From contig NC_043000.1 of the NCBI RefSeq assembly GCF_006345805.1, forward strand, positions 70,432,001-70,496,000: 64,000 bases of DNA, in the 5' to 3' direction. Positions 13,419 through 25,480 of this stretch are shown in pieces; the first letter of the stretch is position 1; each line of letters starts with the position of its first letter. A program made the position numbers and the translations under genes. Under the pieces are notes generated by a model. It had not been told where the DNA came from. It was given only the letters and a program-made list of their open reading frames with translations, and ran no database searches. This stretch comes from Octopus sinensis (Eukaryota).

Positions 13419-14100
13419 CTTTCTCTATTATATATATATATATATAGATAGATAGAGGGAGAGAGAAAGTAATAACGAGAGAATGAGAATAACGATGGAA
13501 GAGTTTAAAAAACCGTAAAAATAATTGAAGATAAAATGAAACTATATTGAAGCCAAAATATTAAAAATCATTGAAAGTGGGTAGAAATAAACACTACGTA
13601 GTGTAGAAGTGCTACGCTAGGGTATCAGTTAAAAAGTTGAATGTAATTTCAGAATATAACGAGGAAAAATTCGGATCTTGGGAATTTTCCGAAAGTCCTC
13701 TCCCCACCTCAAGATTTTCCCCACAAATTACTTTATAATTGTAATGTATGCCGTTTGAAAGGTATTTATATAAAATTTCCTTTTAAAAAAACCATTTTCC
13801 TATAAGTTATGGGGGAGAAACTCGGATCCTGTGAATTTCTCGAAGTCCTCTCCTCACCCCCTTGGAAAAGATTTTCCCCACAAATTTCTTTATAACCGTA
13901 ATGTATGCCGTTTGAAAGGTATTTCTATAAAATTTCAGTGAAAAAACCCCATTTTCCTAAAAGTTATGAGGGAAAAACTCAGATCTTGTGAATTTTCTGA
14001 GATCCTCTCCCCACCCTTCCGCTGCTTTGCGCGCATTGTTTTTTTCATATTCGTTTCCTACACATATTTTTACGCCCATTGCACTATTTTTGTTTCTGGG
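12645..14100. repeat. Long inverted repeat (~290-bp arms with ~150-bp subrepeats) around a microsatellite; fold-back/MITE-like
   Basis: 12650-12930 is the reverse complement of 13815-14091, e.g. tgcgcgcaaagc / gctttgcgcgca and aaacggcatacattac / gtaatgtatgccgttt. Confidence 0.8.
13120..13452. repeat. Compound (TA)n/(TG)n/(TATG)n microsatellite
   Basis: Directly visible. Confidence 0.95.
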
Positions 14101-15208
14101 TTATTTTTGTTTGATTTTTGTTTCTGGGTTAAGTTGTAAATATTAACCAAAATCCTTTGGTATTCTCTGGCCATAGACCCATTTGCTTTCATAACTGTCT
14201 TAAGATATATTTTCCATGAGAAGTGGCGAGACGCCGCAGAGCTTGGACTATTTAATTCATTGTATGGCGCACTGTCAACCGTCTTTTATCTTTTACTCTC
14301 TGTCTCAACTAAACTAAGATAGCCACACAAAAGTGGTGGATTTTTGACACCAATCTCAAATGTTTTTCCTATTCATACACATACTTATGCAAACCCTATA
14401 CACACATTCACACATACACATACACACGTGCTATACAAAACTATTTTTTTCGTTTCTTCAGAAATAAAATATTTTATGTATCATATTTTATCACTGATAC
14501 GAACTGCATATTTTTCTTCCAATATGATTGACTATAAATTTATCCCGAAATCGTCGTTTCCCAGTTGTGCAACATATTTCATATTTCACAATATTTTGAC
14601 ACTGATTCATTTAAAGACAAAGCAATTTATTTTCACAATGCTGGAAAGTGTGTGTACATCTATGAAAGAACACAAGAAGGATTATTCTATTCTAAAATAA
14701 TAAAAGCTTTATGTGAACAGATTAAAATGTGATCACTGACTCCGGAAGTTCCCTGTGGCATATAAAAACCGGTTGGATGTTAAAGACCGATTGAAAGAAC
14801 AAAGGCACAAAGCGAGTATTGTTACCAGTTCGTCGCGATAAGATTCATTTTTTAGAAGTCAAAATAATTTGAATTTATGTACGTATGTGCGTGTATATAT
14901 ATATGCGTGTGCACGTGTGTGTCCAATTATAAGTATAACACTACCAACAACAAAGATAAAAACAACCTGATACATTTGAAGTCAATGACAAATAAGTTGA
15001 CTGCACACACGACTTCAGAAAATAAAATACAATTCATTACCGGCCACCAAACGAAATTATATTAAATATCGAATGACAAAAGTGAAAGTCAGATCCTAAA
15101 CCTTTGGAAAACCAAGTTGTTGTAATTCTATTTTTTAAATGTCTTTCAAATGACCTGAGTTCCACGCACATATCATTCACCTGGATATTTTTAAGCAAAT
15201 ATCATATA

Positions 15209-16169
15209 TACGAGGGAGAGTCAAAAATTATACAAACTCTTGTTTTTTCAATGTATTTACACAAAAACAGGGGATAAACAAGTACGTCATTTTTCTATAT
15301 AGTCTCCTTCCTTTTCGATGCACTTAGTCCAGCAGTCCAGAAGCTTACGTATTCCCTCTAAGAAGATGATGATCGGTTGGTCGTGCAACCATTTATGCAC
15401 CGCTTCCTTCACATCTTCATCCGTAGGAAATAGACGACCTCGTAAACCATCTTTGAGTGGTCCAAATATATGATAGTCGGAAGGGGTGAGATCTGGGCTG
15501 TAATCAGGGTGTTCCAGCGCCTCAAAACTCAATTGGCTAACGGTTTCAACGGTCTGGGCGGCTGTGTGTGGGCGTGCATTGTCATGCAACAACAAAACTT
15601 TCTTTGACAATAGGCTTCGGCGTTTGGCGCGAATTTTTGCCTTCAGTTTGTTGGCCAGCAAAGCACTGTGTCTTGCGCTGTTGATCGCATACTCCTTTTC
15701 CAGGCAGTCTTCCAGTATAGGCCTTTTTGAGTCCCAAAAAAGGGTTAGCATCACCTTTCCCACGGAATACTGAGTCTTGAATTTCTTCGTCGCTGGCGAA
15801 CCAGGATGTTTCCACTCCACACTCTGTCTTTTGGAATTTGCCTCATAATGATGCACCCACGTTTTATCTCCTATGACAATTCTGCGCAAAAATTCCGCGC
15901 TCTCGTTGTTGTAGCGATCGAGTAAACGTTGACAGACCTCAAGGCGTTTGCGCTTGTGCTATGCAGTAAGCTCTCTTGGCACCCACCTTGCACAGACTTT
16001 ATGGAAACCGAGCTGATTCTGGATGATTTGATAGGCAGAACCATGACTAATCTGCAGAGAATGAGCTATCTCATCGAGGATAACTTGCCTGTTAACCATT
16101 ACCATTTCTCGAGTTTGCTGAATCTTCTCGTCAGTGATGGAGGTTGATGGGCGTTCTACTCTCTCTTCC
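15209..16169 (-). mobile_element. Mariner (DD34D) transposon, 5' truncated
   Basis: Terminus TA|cgagggagagtcaaaaatta at 15209. ORF 15287-15889 has GDKTWVHHY, LHDNARPH and YSPDLTPSDY, with 34 residues between the last two Asp (counted). Confidence 0.9.
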
Positions 16170-17106
16170 TGCGAGGCTGCTTACGTCCTTCTGCAGCATC
16201 GCGACATAACATAAATAACATAAATAATAGGAAAAATAAATAAATAAATACGGGCAAATGGATACAAAAAAAAACTTATAGTTAAGGGGAAGCAACTAGT
16301 AGAGATATTTCATAAAAATGAACAACTGCTAAAACAATGTTGGAATTACATCCTAGATAGCAAATATAAAACGAATGGTGGTAAAAATTGACAAACAATT
16401 AAATGTGTACACGTACTTAAGAAAATACCACCTTATAGGTGCACCATACATTGTCATTGTCTTTCGAGTAGTGCGATCAAGTTGGATTTATTATGTAAGA
16501 CTGAAAGTATAATCTGTTGGTGGAAATAATATGTCTGCACCCACTTAGGGTCTATATAATTTTTTAATTTTTTAATTATTAAATTTAACAATATGAAAGT
16601 ATATTTAGTAAACTGTTTGATTATGAAAACTATATTCATTGACTGCTCCCATCTAGGGGTTAACATAATTTTTTAAATTATCAAATTAAATTAAATTAAC
16701 TATCTAACTTTAAGGATAATGTAATGCTTATTAAGTATCTTTAGTAAACTGTTTTAACATGTGAATTATTTTCATGATATTAAGTAACACACGATTTGGT
16801 CTTAATCGCTTATATGTTAGTGGTTTTGTCATTTTGTTATGTCGTATACCTACAAGGTGGTATTTTCTTAAGTACGTGTACACATTTAATTGTTTGTCTA
16901 TTTTTATCACCATTCGATTTATATTTGCTATCTAGGATGTAAATTCCAACATTGTTTTAGCAGTTGTTTTTCTTATGAAATATATGTACTAGTTGTCTCC
17001 CCTTAACTATAAGTTGGTTTTTTTTTTATCCATTTAATCGTATTAATTTATTTTTCTATTATCTATGTTATGTCACAATGCTACAGAAGGACATAAGCGG
17101 CCCCGC
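16170..17106. mobile_element. Fold-back MITE-like element with ~260-bp TIRs
   Basis: 16170-16440 is the imperfect reverse complement of 16848-17106 (e.g. gtgtacacgtacttaagaaaataccacct). The interior is non-coding and AT-rich. Confidence 0.8.
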
Positions 17107-17510
17107 ACTACTTATATCATAGTCTTCTCATCCGCACCCTTTACTTATTTATTTTTTATTTTTTATTTGCTAATTTATATATCTATTGAAACGGTTTTGG
17201 ATAAATATTAACTAGAGTTATTTACGTTAGCTTAGTGTAATGCCCTTTTAGAAACATGTTAATAATTTTCTTGTATTATTTTTTATGCTCGGTTCTTTTC
17301 ACGATTGTTTAAACATCTTGGTTCCCCCTTTATATTGAAATAAACCGAATTTTTTTTTCTGTAGACCATTGCTAGAGCTCTCTTTTACGTACTGACTTCG
17401 AGGCCCTAAGTTGGGTGACTGGATGTTTATAATATACTGGGCTTCTAGACTTCTCTAGGCCATGTTTCCCTTCCTATTCCCTCTACCTTTTGTTTATTTT
17501 GGACGCTTTT

Positions 17511-17615
17511 GTATTAACTCTGATGAAGCTCCGTGTTCTAGCTCGAACGTCCTAGGAATTGAAGGATATTATGCACTGAATTGACATCGGAAGCGGAAAC
17601 GGCCGTAAGAATTGT
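17511..17615 (+). ncRNA. Type I hammerhead ribozyme-like motif (Penelope pLTR-like)
   Basis: CTGATGA at 17520-17526, stem II gctcc/ggaagc, GAAA at 17596-17599, palindromic stem III C-GGCC-G, and a GTA cleavage triplet ending at 17607. Stem I is weak. Confidence 0.5.
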
Positions 17616-18286
17616 TATGTCACATAAATGTTATGTCATGTTTTGTATTAGATAATAAGCTTGAGATGAGATCCAATTGTTTTGTTTGCTGATCTGAGTT
17701 ATTCTCTATTTTCTAATTAATTATATTTGATTCCTGGTAAACTTTGTTTATTCTGTTGTTACCTGTACTCTAAGAGCATAGTGTGCCTGCATATCCATAC
17801 CCAGAGATAACACGGGTAACATATACCGATAGTATATACGGATATTTTATCCCTTAGTCGGTTATTATAACCGCTCACACCACACACCACTACACCATAC
17901 ACCACAATACCACACAACACATTACATCACATCACACCACCACGCACACACTATCACTGACCACTTCCCAGCCCCACATCCTCACACTTACACATACACA
18001 TACACGCACACTTCAAGGTCACCAGCCCTCTTCCACACGTACATACATACTCTCTTATACACACGCACGCGCACCTTCGTTTTGGGATCACCACTACTTT
18101 ATTATCACCCCTCCTTCCGAGCTCCTCTTCTTCCTAACACTACTTTATTATCTCCCCTTCTTCCTAGCTCTCCTGTGAGACTCTTCTGTCCGGTATTCAC
18201 TTCCCGAGCGTTAAACTAATACATCTGTTGTTTGTTGTCTACACCACCTGTCTTCGTCTTTTGTTTTTTTTTTTGTGAATTCTCCC

Positions 18287-18329
<43 letters not shown>

Positions 18330-18339
18330 ATATATTGTT

Positions 18340-18760
18340 TATTCTTGTTTCAGTCATTAAACTGCGGCCATGCTAGGGTACCGCTTTCAGGAATTTTAGT
18401 CTAACAAATCAACACCAGTACTCATTTTTTTTTTTTATTTGAAAAGCCTGGTACTTATTCTATCACTTACTTTTGCCGAGCCGCTAAGTAACGGGGACGT
18501 AAACACATTATTGCTCGTTGTCAAGCGGTGATGGAGGACTGACTCATACACAAAGATACACACACATAGATATATACATATATATATATTTATAAATAAA
18601 TGATAGACTTCTCTTGATTTTCGTCTACCAAATCCACTCAAGACTTTGGTAAGCCTGCGTCTGTAGAAGAAGTCACTTGCCCAATATGTCACGCAGGGGG
18701 TTTGAACCGGAACCATGAGGCTGCAAAGCAAACTTCTTACCACACAGCCACGCCTGCGCC
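18340..18760 (-). mobile_element. SINE family 1, near full length
   Basis: Minus strand begins ggcgcaggcgtggctgtgtggtaag with B box ggttcaaacc; internal (TA/TG) tract; matches the other copies. Confidence 0.85.
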
Positions 18761-19879
18761 TCTGTGTGTGGGGTGGGAGAGCGCGGGAGAGATCGTCACG
18801 CCACTTTGACACTGTTTTTCCTTCCATTTGCTATGGCCATATAGTGGGTGTATTAACTGATGGAAAAGAAGTACATAGAACGCCAGAAACTGCGGCTGTG
18901 TACATAGAAGTAGATTTGTAGTTAATTGTTTTGTGTAGATAGGGTAGTCAGGCTTCTCTTGGAGGCGACTATATTTTTATTAAAATGCTGATTTTTAACA
19001 ACAAAACTAAAAGTGGGCATCAGAAACGATCCGCTTGTCCTTATTAATAAAGCGTTTACACTTTGCTATTGTGCTGCAAATATACAGTATGGATTACTCT
19101 CTTTAAATTTTACAATATCCCTCTTACTTAGTCCGTACTTAAATATATATTACTTGTAAACAATGCGGTTGCGAATAGAATTTTTAAAATATCAAAGTTG
19201 ATCAAGTATATCGCTCGAATATTTCCGATTGCTTATATGAAGAGAATTTTCGTAACCGCATTTGTCAACTTAATATTTATGCTCCAATCCCACTTGAATG
19301 AATTACAAAAATACATTAGTATTGATTACAATCCATAGAAGCAACCAAGTGAAACATTTATTTATAGGCCGTACAAACCTTGATATTTTACTGTCAGATA
19401 TATATTGCTGGAGCGAACAATTTCAGATCTACTTTATAGGATTTAACAAACCTATAACTAATTGTTAACTGCAGCCGCGACACTTTATTCCAAAAATGTA
19501 TTCCAGACTTAGTGGCGTTAAATATCGTCTCTATACTTTACAAATTACAAAAGGCATTCATCTTTGGCCATTATTGAACAGAACCGCAGCTCTAGTCATG
19601 TTTTGACTAGTGTACTGGAATCATATAAGTCTCTGTTAAAAACTTTTGTTTCCTTTTTTTTTTTTTTGCTATTATAAATGTTTTTTCCCCAAACTACAAA
19701 CTACCAAGGTATTCAAAACATAATAGCTGAACTAATAAGTTACAATGAGAAAAATATTATTTATGTGTGTGTGCGTGTGTGTATGCGTGTGTGAGTAAGT
19801 GTGCGTGCGTGCATATATGTATGTATATATATGTATATCATCATCATCATTATCATTGTTAATATCATTATTATCATTA

Positions 19880-21310
19880 TCGACGTCATACAGTATAAAA
19901 TATCGTGGCGTTGTTGATTGAAGATATTGTGTCTACTTGTGTCAGACAGTACTTTATGCAATATGCGTGCAGTTCTAACTATTGCAATACACCTAGATTG
20001 TAGGGTATTTCTAAAGTTTTCAGATGTTTTTTTTCAGATTCGGTGATATTGAACCCAATACTCTGATGATAATAGGGATAACTTTATGTTTGACTCTCGT
20101 AGCTGCTTAACGATCTCAATTCACAGGTCTCCATGTTCATCAACCTTTTCTCTTTCTTTCATGATAATATGCTGATCTCCTGGCACTGCCACGTCAATTA
20201 TTAGGCACTCTTGTTTGTCCTTCCTAAAGGTTACTATATCCGGCCTTCGGTGTTCTAATATCTTGTCTGTCTGGAAGTCAAAGTCCCAGAGGATTTTTGC
20301 CTTCTCCTCTTCGTCCATTACCTTTTCCGGTGTATGTTGGTACCTAGCACCCGTAACCTCATATCTATACTTACGGCATAGTAGTCAGTGGAGGTTTTGG
20401 GTTACCTTGTCGTGTCTACGCTTGTACTCTTTCTGCGCAAGACTTTCACAGGCACTAACAATGCGAGTCACGCTTTCGATCCTCTTCCCACACATTCTGC
20501 AAAGGTCCATTGGACTTGTGTGATATATATTCTTTTTCACTGAGTTGGTATTCAATGCTTGGTCCTGGGCAGCGATGGTTAGGCTTTCAGTATTCTTTTT
20601 TATATCACCCTTGTTAAGCCACCTCCATGATGTTTCCTGTCGCTTTCACGGCGGAAACCAACTTTTGATTTGTTGGTTTCCATGCGGAGTAGGGTTTCTT
20701 CTCTCTCGTTGGCTGTTCTCGATCGGAATTCATGAGCACTCTCAAATCCATTTTTGTTAAAGCTTTCTGCATTAGTAGCATACTTGTCTTTCATTTCTTT
20801 ATGCAAGATATTGTCCAGCTCCAGGATCCCAAGGTGCTTGTACCCCTCATCATCCAGGTCCTTCATTCTCTCACTGTATGGCAATTCTATGCTTCTACAA
20901 TTTATTCTTTCTCCCGCTTCAAAATAAGCACCGCACACTTCGAGATACGGAATTCCATCCCTATATCCTTGCTGTACATTTGCACAGTTTCAACTAGTCT
21001 CAGCATTTCAGGCTCAGTTTTTGCAAGCAATTTTAAATCATCCATGAAGAGAAGGTGGTTGAGACGATGTCCGTTCTTTCTCAGCTTATAGTGCACGTTG
21101 ATTTTACGTAGGACTATAGAAAGTGGGATCAAGGCTATAACAAATAACAGAGGTGAACAAGAGTCTCCTTGGAAGATACTTCTTTTGATTGTTACCTCGG
21201 CTAAGTGCTGGTTGTTACAGGAAAGACGTGTTTTCCAACTAGGTATGCTGTTCTTAATCCGTGCACACACGTTCTCAGCTATTCCACACATGTCTAGTGT
21301 TTCCAAAATC
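19880..21310 (-). pseudogene. Degraded R4/Dong-like RLE LINE (second family), 5' truncated
   Basis: RT motifs IFQGDSCSPLLF and HLLFMDDLKL; RLE motif HRRPDIV...IIDVAVPGD; degenerate TAA/TGA tail near 19840-19880. Confidence 0.85.
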
Positions 21311-21344
21311 CACTAATGCGGCAACCTGCCGTAAGCCTTTTTGA

Positions 21345-21575
21345 AGTCTGTTATTATTATCAAGGCAGCAAGCCGACAGAATCGTTAGCACACCGGGTAA
21401 AATGATTTGCGGCATTTCGTCTCTCTTTACGATCTGAGTTGATATTCTGCCGAGGTAGACTTTGCTTTTCATCCTCTCGGAGTCGATAAAATAAGTACCA
21501 GTTAAACACTAGGGTCGACGTAATCGACTAGCGCCTCCCACCAAAATTTCAGACCTTGTGCCTATAGTAGAAAGG

Positions 21576-21576
<1 letters not shown>
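21345..21576 (+). mobile_element. tRNA-derived SINE family 2 with (TTA)n tail
   Basis: cagaatcgttagc A-box region, gccgaggtagactttgcttttcatcc body, and an end ccttgtgcctatagtagaaagga followed by (tta)n. Confidence 0.75.

Positions 21577-21632
<56 letters not shown>
21577..21632. repeat. (TTA)n microsatellite
   Basis: Directly visible; joins the SINE tail to the Dong-like 3' end. Confidence 0.95.
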
Positions 21633-21635
<3 letters not shown>

Positions 21636-24600
21636 TAGTTTTATTTTTATAGCGTGCTTTCACTTCACTACCGAGCGCAGCTCTGTGTGCCTTGGCTATG
21701 TGCTGTGATTTGTTGTGATGCTCTGATGGTTATTGTATGGAAAGTGTTCTGCGTAGGATGTGTGCAGTGCCTAGTAGTGCAATTTTCTGTATGTTATATG
21801 TGTTTGTAAGTCCTGCTGTTTTTGTTATGTATTTGTCTGAATATTTTTTTATCATGCCTAATGCACCTACTATGATAGGAATTGTTTCTGTTTTCAGATT
21901 CCACATTCTAGTTACCTCTATTTCCAGGTCTTTGTATTTTGAGAGTTTCTCCATTTCTTTTAGAGACACGTTGTCATCAGCCGGTATTGATACATCAATT
22001 AGAAAGCATTTTTTTTCTTCATGATCTCTGACAACTATATCTGGTCTGTTGGCCTTAATTTCTCTATCTGTGTGTATCGGCATATCCCAGAGTATGGTTG
22101 CTTTCTCGTTTTCTGTGACCTTTTCTGGTGTGTGCCTATACCATCTTTTTTCTGTTGTTATTCCATAATGTTGGCATAGCTTCCAATGTATGTAGGTTCC
22201 AACTCTGTCATGTCTGTGAATATATTCCTTCTTAGCCAGGACTGGGCAGCTAGAGATAATATGATTTATTGTTTCTTGTCCATCTCCACATATTCTGCAG
22301 TTACTTGTAATATTTCTTTTCATTACATGTTTTTGGTAATTTCTGGTGGGGAGGCTTTGGTCTTGTGCTGCAATTAAAAATCCCTCTGTTTCTGCTTTGA
22401 GTCCTGAGCTTCTCAACCATTGCTGGGATTTTTCTTTGTCTATTTCTTTTGCGTTTAGTTTAGTCCAGTATTTACCATGAAGGGGCTTTTCTTGCCATCT
22501 TTTTATCATGGTTCGTTGCTGTTCTATTTTTAGTTTGGATTTCATTTGTTTTATAGCTTTTGTTGTTTCTTCATCTTCTTCTTCTTCTTCATGTTTATTA
22601 GGTGGTATGATTTTTTGTTTGTATTTGTCAGCTTCCTTAAATACTGAGAACAGTTTTTTGTTTTGCTCGTGTTTTGCCGCTATCTGGATCAGTTTTCCTT
22701 CCTTCTGAAGTAGATATTTTTGCAGTCCTATGGTGGTTATTTTATAGTAGTTTTCCAGCTGTATAAGGCCTCTACCACCTTCTATACGTTGTATATATAG
22801 TCTTTCTATGTCAGATTTTGGGTGATGCATCCTAGATCCTGTCATTATTTTTCTTGTTTTCCTATCTATTTTGGTCAGTTCATTTCGTGTCCAGTTAAGG
22901 ATATTGTAGCTGTAACTTATAACTGGGACAGCTAAAGTGTTGATACCTATTATCTTGTTTTTAGCATTGAGCTCTGTGTTTAGTATTGATCTAACTCGTC
23001 TATAATATTCTTTTTTTATTTTCTCTTTCATTTGTGTGTGTTGTGTCTTATCTAGTTCATGGATTCCTAAGTATTTGTAAGTTTGGCTTTGGTCTAATTC
23101 TTTTATTTCATTGGTTTTATCTAGTGTGATGTTGTTACTCTTAACTAGTTTTCCTCTTTTCATGGTTACTTTGGCGCATTTTTCTAATCCAAATTTCATA
23201 TCTATTTCTTTGGTAAATCTATGAACTGTCTTTAATAGTGTTTCCAGCTGTTTGTCATTTGCAGCGTATAGTTTTAGGTCATCCATATATAAAAGGTGGC
23301 TGATCGTTTTGCCGTAACATTTATATCCGCATCCAGTTCTATTTAGCATATCAGATAGAGGTGACAGTGCCAAGCAGAAAAGGAGTGGAGAGAGCGTGTC
23401 TCCCTGGAATATTCCTCTTCTAATGGGGATGTCTTTGGTTTTCATGAGTCCCTCTTTTGTTTGGAGGTGTAGGACTGTTTGCCATTTATTCATAGAGTGC
23501 TCTATGAATTTTATGATTGTTGGTGCTACTTTGTTAATGGCTAGTGTTTCGAGGATCCATGTGTGGGGGATGCTATCAAACGCCTTTTTGTAGTCAATCC
23601 AGGCCATACTGAGGCCTTTCTTCTTTCTGTGGCTGTCTTCAGTTATGGCTTTATTAATCATTAGTTGATCTTTACAGCCATATGAGCCTTTGCAGCATCC
23701 TTTCTGCTCTTCTGGGAACAGTTTGTTTTCGTCCAGGTGCTTGTTCAGCCTTTGTGATATCACTGCAGTAAATGCCTTGAACATAGTGGGGAGGCAGGTT
23801 ATTGGTCTGTAGTTTTCTGGTTTTTCTGTTTCATTTGATTTGGGAATTAAGATGGTTTTCCCCTTCGTGAGCCATTCAGGCATTGTCTCTGGCTCTGCTA
23901 GTACGTTGTTAAAGTTTTCAGCCAGCTTTTTGTGCATTCCTGTTAGATATTTCAACCAGAAGTTGGGGATCTTGTCATGCCCAGGTGCCTTCCAGTTGCT
24001 TAGTCTTTGCAGTGCCTGGGTGACCTCTTCAGTTGTTATGGGGGTCCAAAGTTCTTCAGATGCCGAGTTTGTTATTTTGATACTCCTTTTTTTGGTGGTT
24101 CGTTCGCCGACCATATTTCTCTCCAGAATTCTTCCAATTCTTCTGCCGTTGGTGCTGCAGTGACTTCTATTTTATTTTTGCCCAGTTCTTGGTAGAACTT
24201 TTTGGGGTTGGAGTTGAACTTTTTGTTTTCTTCAAAGAAGCGTTGGCGTTTCTTGTACCGGCGGATCCTTTGTGCTTTGGCAAGGACATCTTGCTTCAGC
24301 TTTTCTTTTATTTCAGGCAAATCTTTCTCTGTGATGTTATATTTGCGGAGTATTTTTGTTCTCTTTTTGTTGCTCAGTAGCGTTGATTGTTTGCTGATTT
24401 CATTAAGAATCGACAGGTCTTTTCTAATTTTTTTTATTTTGCTTTGGATGTTATTTATCCACAGGGTTTGTTTGGGTGGTGGTACTCCTGTTTGGGCGGG
24501 TTTGGGTGAGTATCCAGCTTCTTTTGTGGCTGAAGTGGCTGCTGCGTATATTAGGTTATTTAGCTCAGTGATATCACTTTTTTTTTATTCAGTGGCTAGG

Positions 24601-25480
24601 TTTATGTGACGGCTAGGTTTATGCTGTTTATAATAGGTGTTGTTATTTCGTTTATTTTGATTCTTGGGAGGTATGGTCGGTGGTCCATTTTGAGCTCTGT
24701 GGTTTTCAGTTCTTTGATTATTTTATTTTTTATATTATCATAATCATTAGGCTCCCCTTCGTTGTTTACATCGTGTTTGTTGGGAATGTTGCGTTTGTCT
24801 TCGTGTTTTACACTTTCAGTGTTTATATTATTGGACATTGTTGTGTGGCTTCTATCTACATTTTCCTGGTGTATGTTTTCTTTTAGGTGTTCTATTTCTA
24901 TTTCTGATATTTTTTTTGTGTTGAGAATGTATCTTCGTGCGTTAGCTAATTTATTAGGGTTCATTGCTGTATCCAAGTCTATATCTCTATTATTTTCCTT
25001 CCATATTTTATATGTATGTGTTGTTGTATTTTCATTTTTTGGGTAGAGTACTGCTGTGAAGTATGCGTGTAAGATAGAAATGTATTCCTCACGTGTCCAT
25101 TTACGTCTTTTGGGTTTTATTTGCGGGACATGAGGTACAACGTCCGGCCCATTATTTTGACGGTCGTCATTTTCGTAGGGTACCGGTCCGTTTATTTCTG
25201 TTGTCACATTATTTCGCACGTGTAGTTTTTCGTACATTTTTTGTTGTAAGTTTAAAGTACGTACCGCTCGATTGTTATTCTTGGGTTGAATAGTATCGGT
25301 GGCATTTAATTTCTTCGTAGTTCCTTTGTACATGGTGTTTGGGGTCGGGGATGATCGTGATGTTCCACGCATGTTTACATGTGTTGCGTTAGAGGTGGAG
25401 ATGATATCGAGTCAAAATACATCATTTCGTTTCGAAAATAGTAATAAATTTCAATTAGTATTACTTACTCGGATACAGTA
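21633..25480 (-). mobile_element. Near full-length R4/Dong-like non-LTR retrotransposon (single ORF, frameshifted)
   Basis: N-terminal KRRKWTREE Myb-like region (24602-25372), linker (24072-24320) and RT-CCHC-RLE ORF (21730-24114). Ends in (TAA)n. The 5' boundary is approximate. Confidence 0.9.
21730..24114 (-). CDS. Reverse transcriptase + CCHC knuckle + restriction-like endonuclease (R4/Dong clade)
   Basis: YRPITCL, WIDYKKAFDS, GIFQGDTLSPLLF, YMDDLKL, CRICGDGQETINHIISSC and NRPDIVV...IDVSIP...EKLSKY. Open for 794 aa, but separated from its N-terminus by frameshifts. Confidence 0.9.
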   Translation of the reverse strand: MVGERTTKKRSIKITNSASEELWTPITTEEVTQALQRLSNWKAPGHDKIPNFWLKYLTGMHKKLAENFNNVLAEPETMPEWLTKGKTILIPKSNETEKPENYRPITCLPTMFKAFTAVISQRLNKHLDENKLFPEEQKGCCKGSYGCKDQLMINKAITEDSHRKKKGLSMAWIDYKKAFDSIPHTWILETLAINKVAPTIIKFIEHSMNKWQTVLHLQTKEGLMKTKDIPIRRGIFQGDTLSPLLFCLALSPLSDMLNRTGCGYKCYGKTISHLLYMDDLKLYAANDKQLETLLKTVHRFTKEIDMKFGLEKCAKVTMKRGKLVKSNNITLDKTNEIKELDQSQTYKYLGIHELDKTQHTQMKEKIKKEYYRRVRSILNTELNAKNKIIGINTLAVPVISYSYNILNWTRNELTKIDRKTRKIMTGSRMHHPKSDIERLYIQRIEGGRGLIQLENYYKITTIGLQKYLLQKEGKLIQIAAKHEQNKKLFSVFKEADKYKQKIIPPNKHEEEEEDEETTKAIKQMKSKLKIEQQRTMIKRWQEKPLHGKYWTKLNAKEIDKEKSQQWLRSSGLKAETEGFLIAAQDQSLPTRNYQKHVMKRNITSNCRICGDGQETINHIISSCPVLAKKEYIHRHDRVGTYIHWKLCQHYGITTEKRWYRHTPEKVTENEKATILWDMPIHTDREIKANRPDIVVRDHEEKKCFLIDVSIPADDNVSLKEMEKLSKYKDLEIEVTRMWNLKTETIPIIVGALGMIKKYSDKYITKTAGLTNTYNIQKIALLGTAHILRRTLSIQ

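Noticed and set aside
13027-13455. YIYI/VCV ORFs (also 7123-7541)
   Set aside because: Dinucleotide and tetranucleotide repeat artefacts.
14740-14850. Faint GIY-YIG-like (K.RLKE) remnant
   Set aside because: Requires an assumed frameshift and is too short to support.
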